Positions 63,785 to 64,000 of a stretch of DNA of 64,000 nucleotides are shown here, one piece after another (the first letter of the stretch is position 1; every line of letters begins with the position of its first letter). The DNA comes from Somniosus microcephalus (Eukaryota): assembly GCA_052327205.1 (NCBI GenBank), contig CM126204.1, positions 341,744,001-341,808,000 of the forward strand. The letters run 5' to 3'. The translations under genes were made by a program, and so were the position numbers. Below the pieces are notes generated by a model, which saw nothing but the letters and a program-made list of their open reading frames with translations, was not told the DNA's origin and ran no database searches.

Positions 63785-64000
63785 AGGCAGTAGTCCCTAC
63801 ATGCTTCAAGACCGCTACCATTATTCCTGTGCCAAAGCAAACGGCTGTGACGTGCCCGAATGACTATCAACCTGTCGCACTCACACCCATCATAATGAAG
63901 TGTTTCGAGAGACTGGTCCTGGCTCATATCAAAGCCAGTGTTCCCGCCTCTCTTGACCAACACCAGTTTGCCTATCGTGCAAACAGATCAACGGAGGATG
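63785..64000 (+). mobile_element. Rex1/Babar-like RT fragment (runs off the window)
   Basis: [15 protein letters not shown]...[20 protein letters not shown]...LDQHQFAYR. Confidence 0.85.

Overview
Vertebrate genomic DNA, almost certainly from a cartilaginous fish (shark-type HE1/V-SINEs, a SacSINE1-like Deu-SINE, abundant CR1). No host protein-coding exon could be identified. The window is a dense, deeply nested set of mobile elements: CR1, L2, Rex1/Babar and Penelope retroelements, three Mag-like Gypsy LTR elements, three solo LTRs, and PIF/Harbinger transposons and MITEs. The standout is a young, structurally complete non-autonomous LTR element (42387-47263; 256-bp LTRs with 2 differences; 5-bp TSD). 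Its single uninterrupted ~883-aa ORF is Gag-protease fused in frame, in place of RT/RNaseH/integrase, to what I recognise as fragments of three host genes: the STK10/SLK coiled coil, optineurin (including its LC3-interacting motif DSFVEI) and the DNAJC21 zinc-finger/basic region. These homology calls come from recalled protein sequences and need BLAST confirmation.
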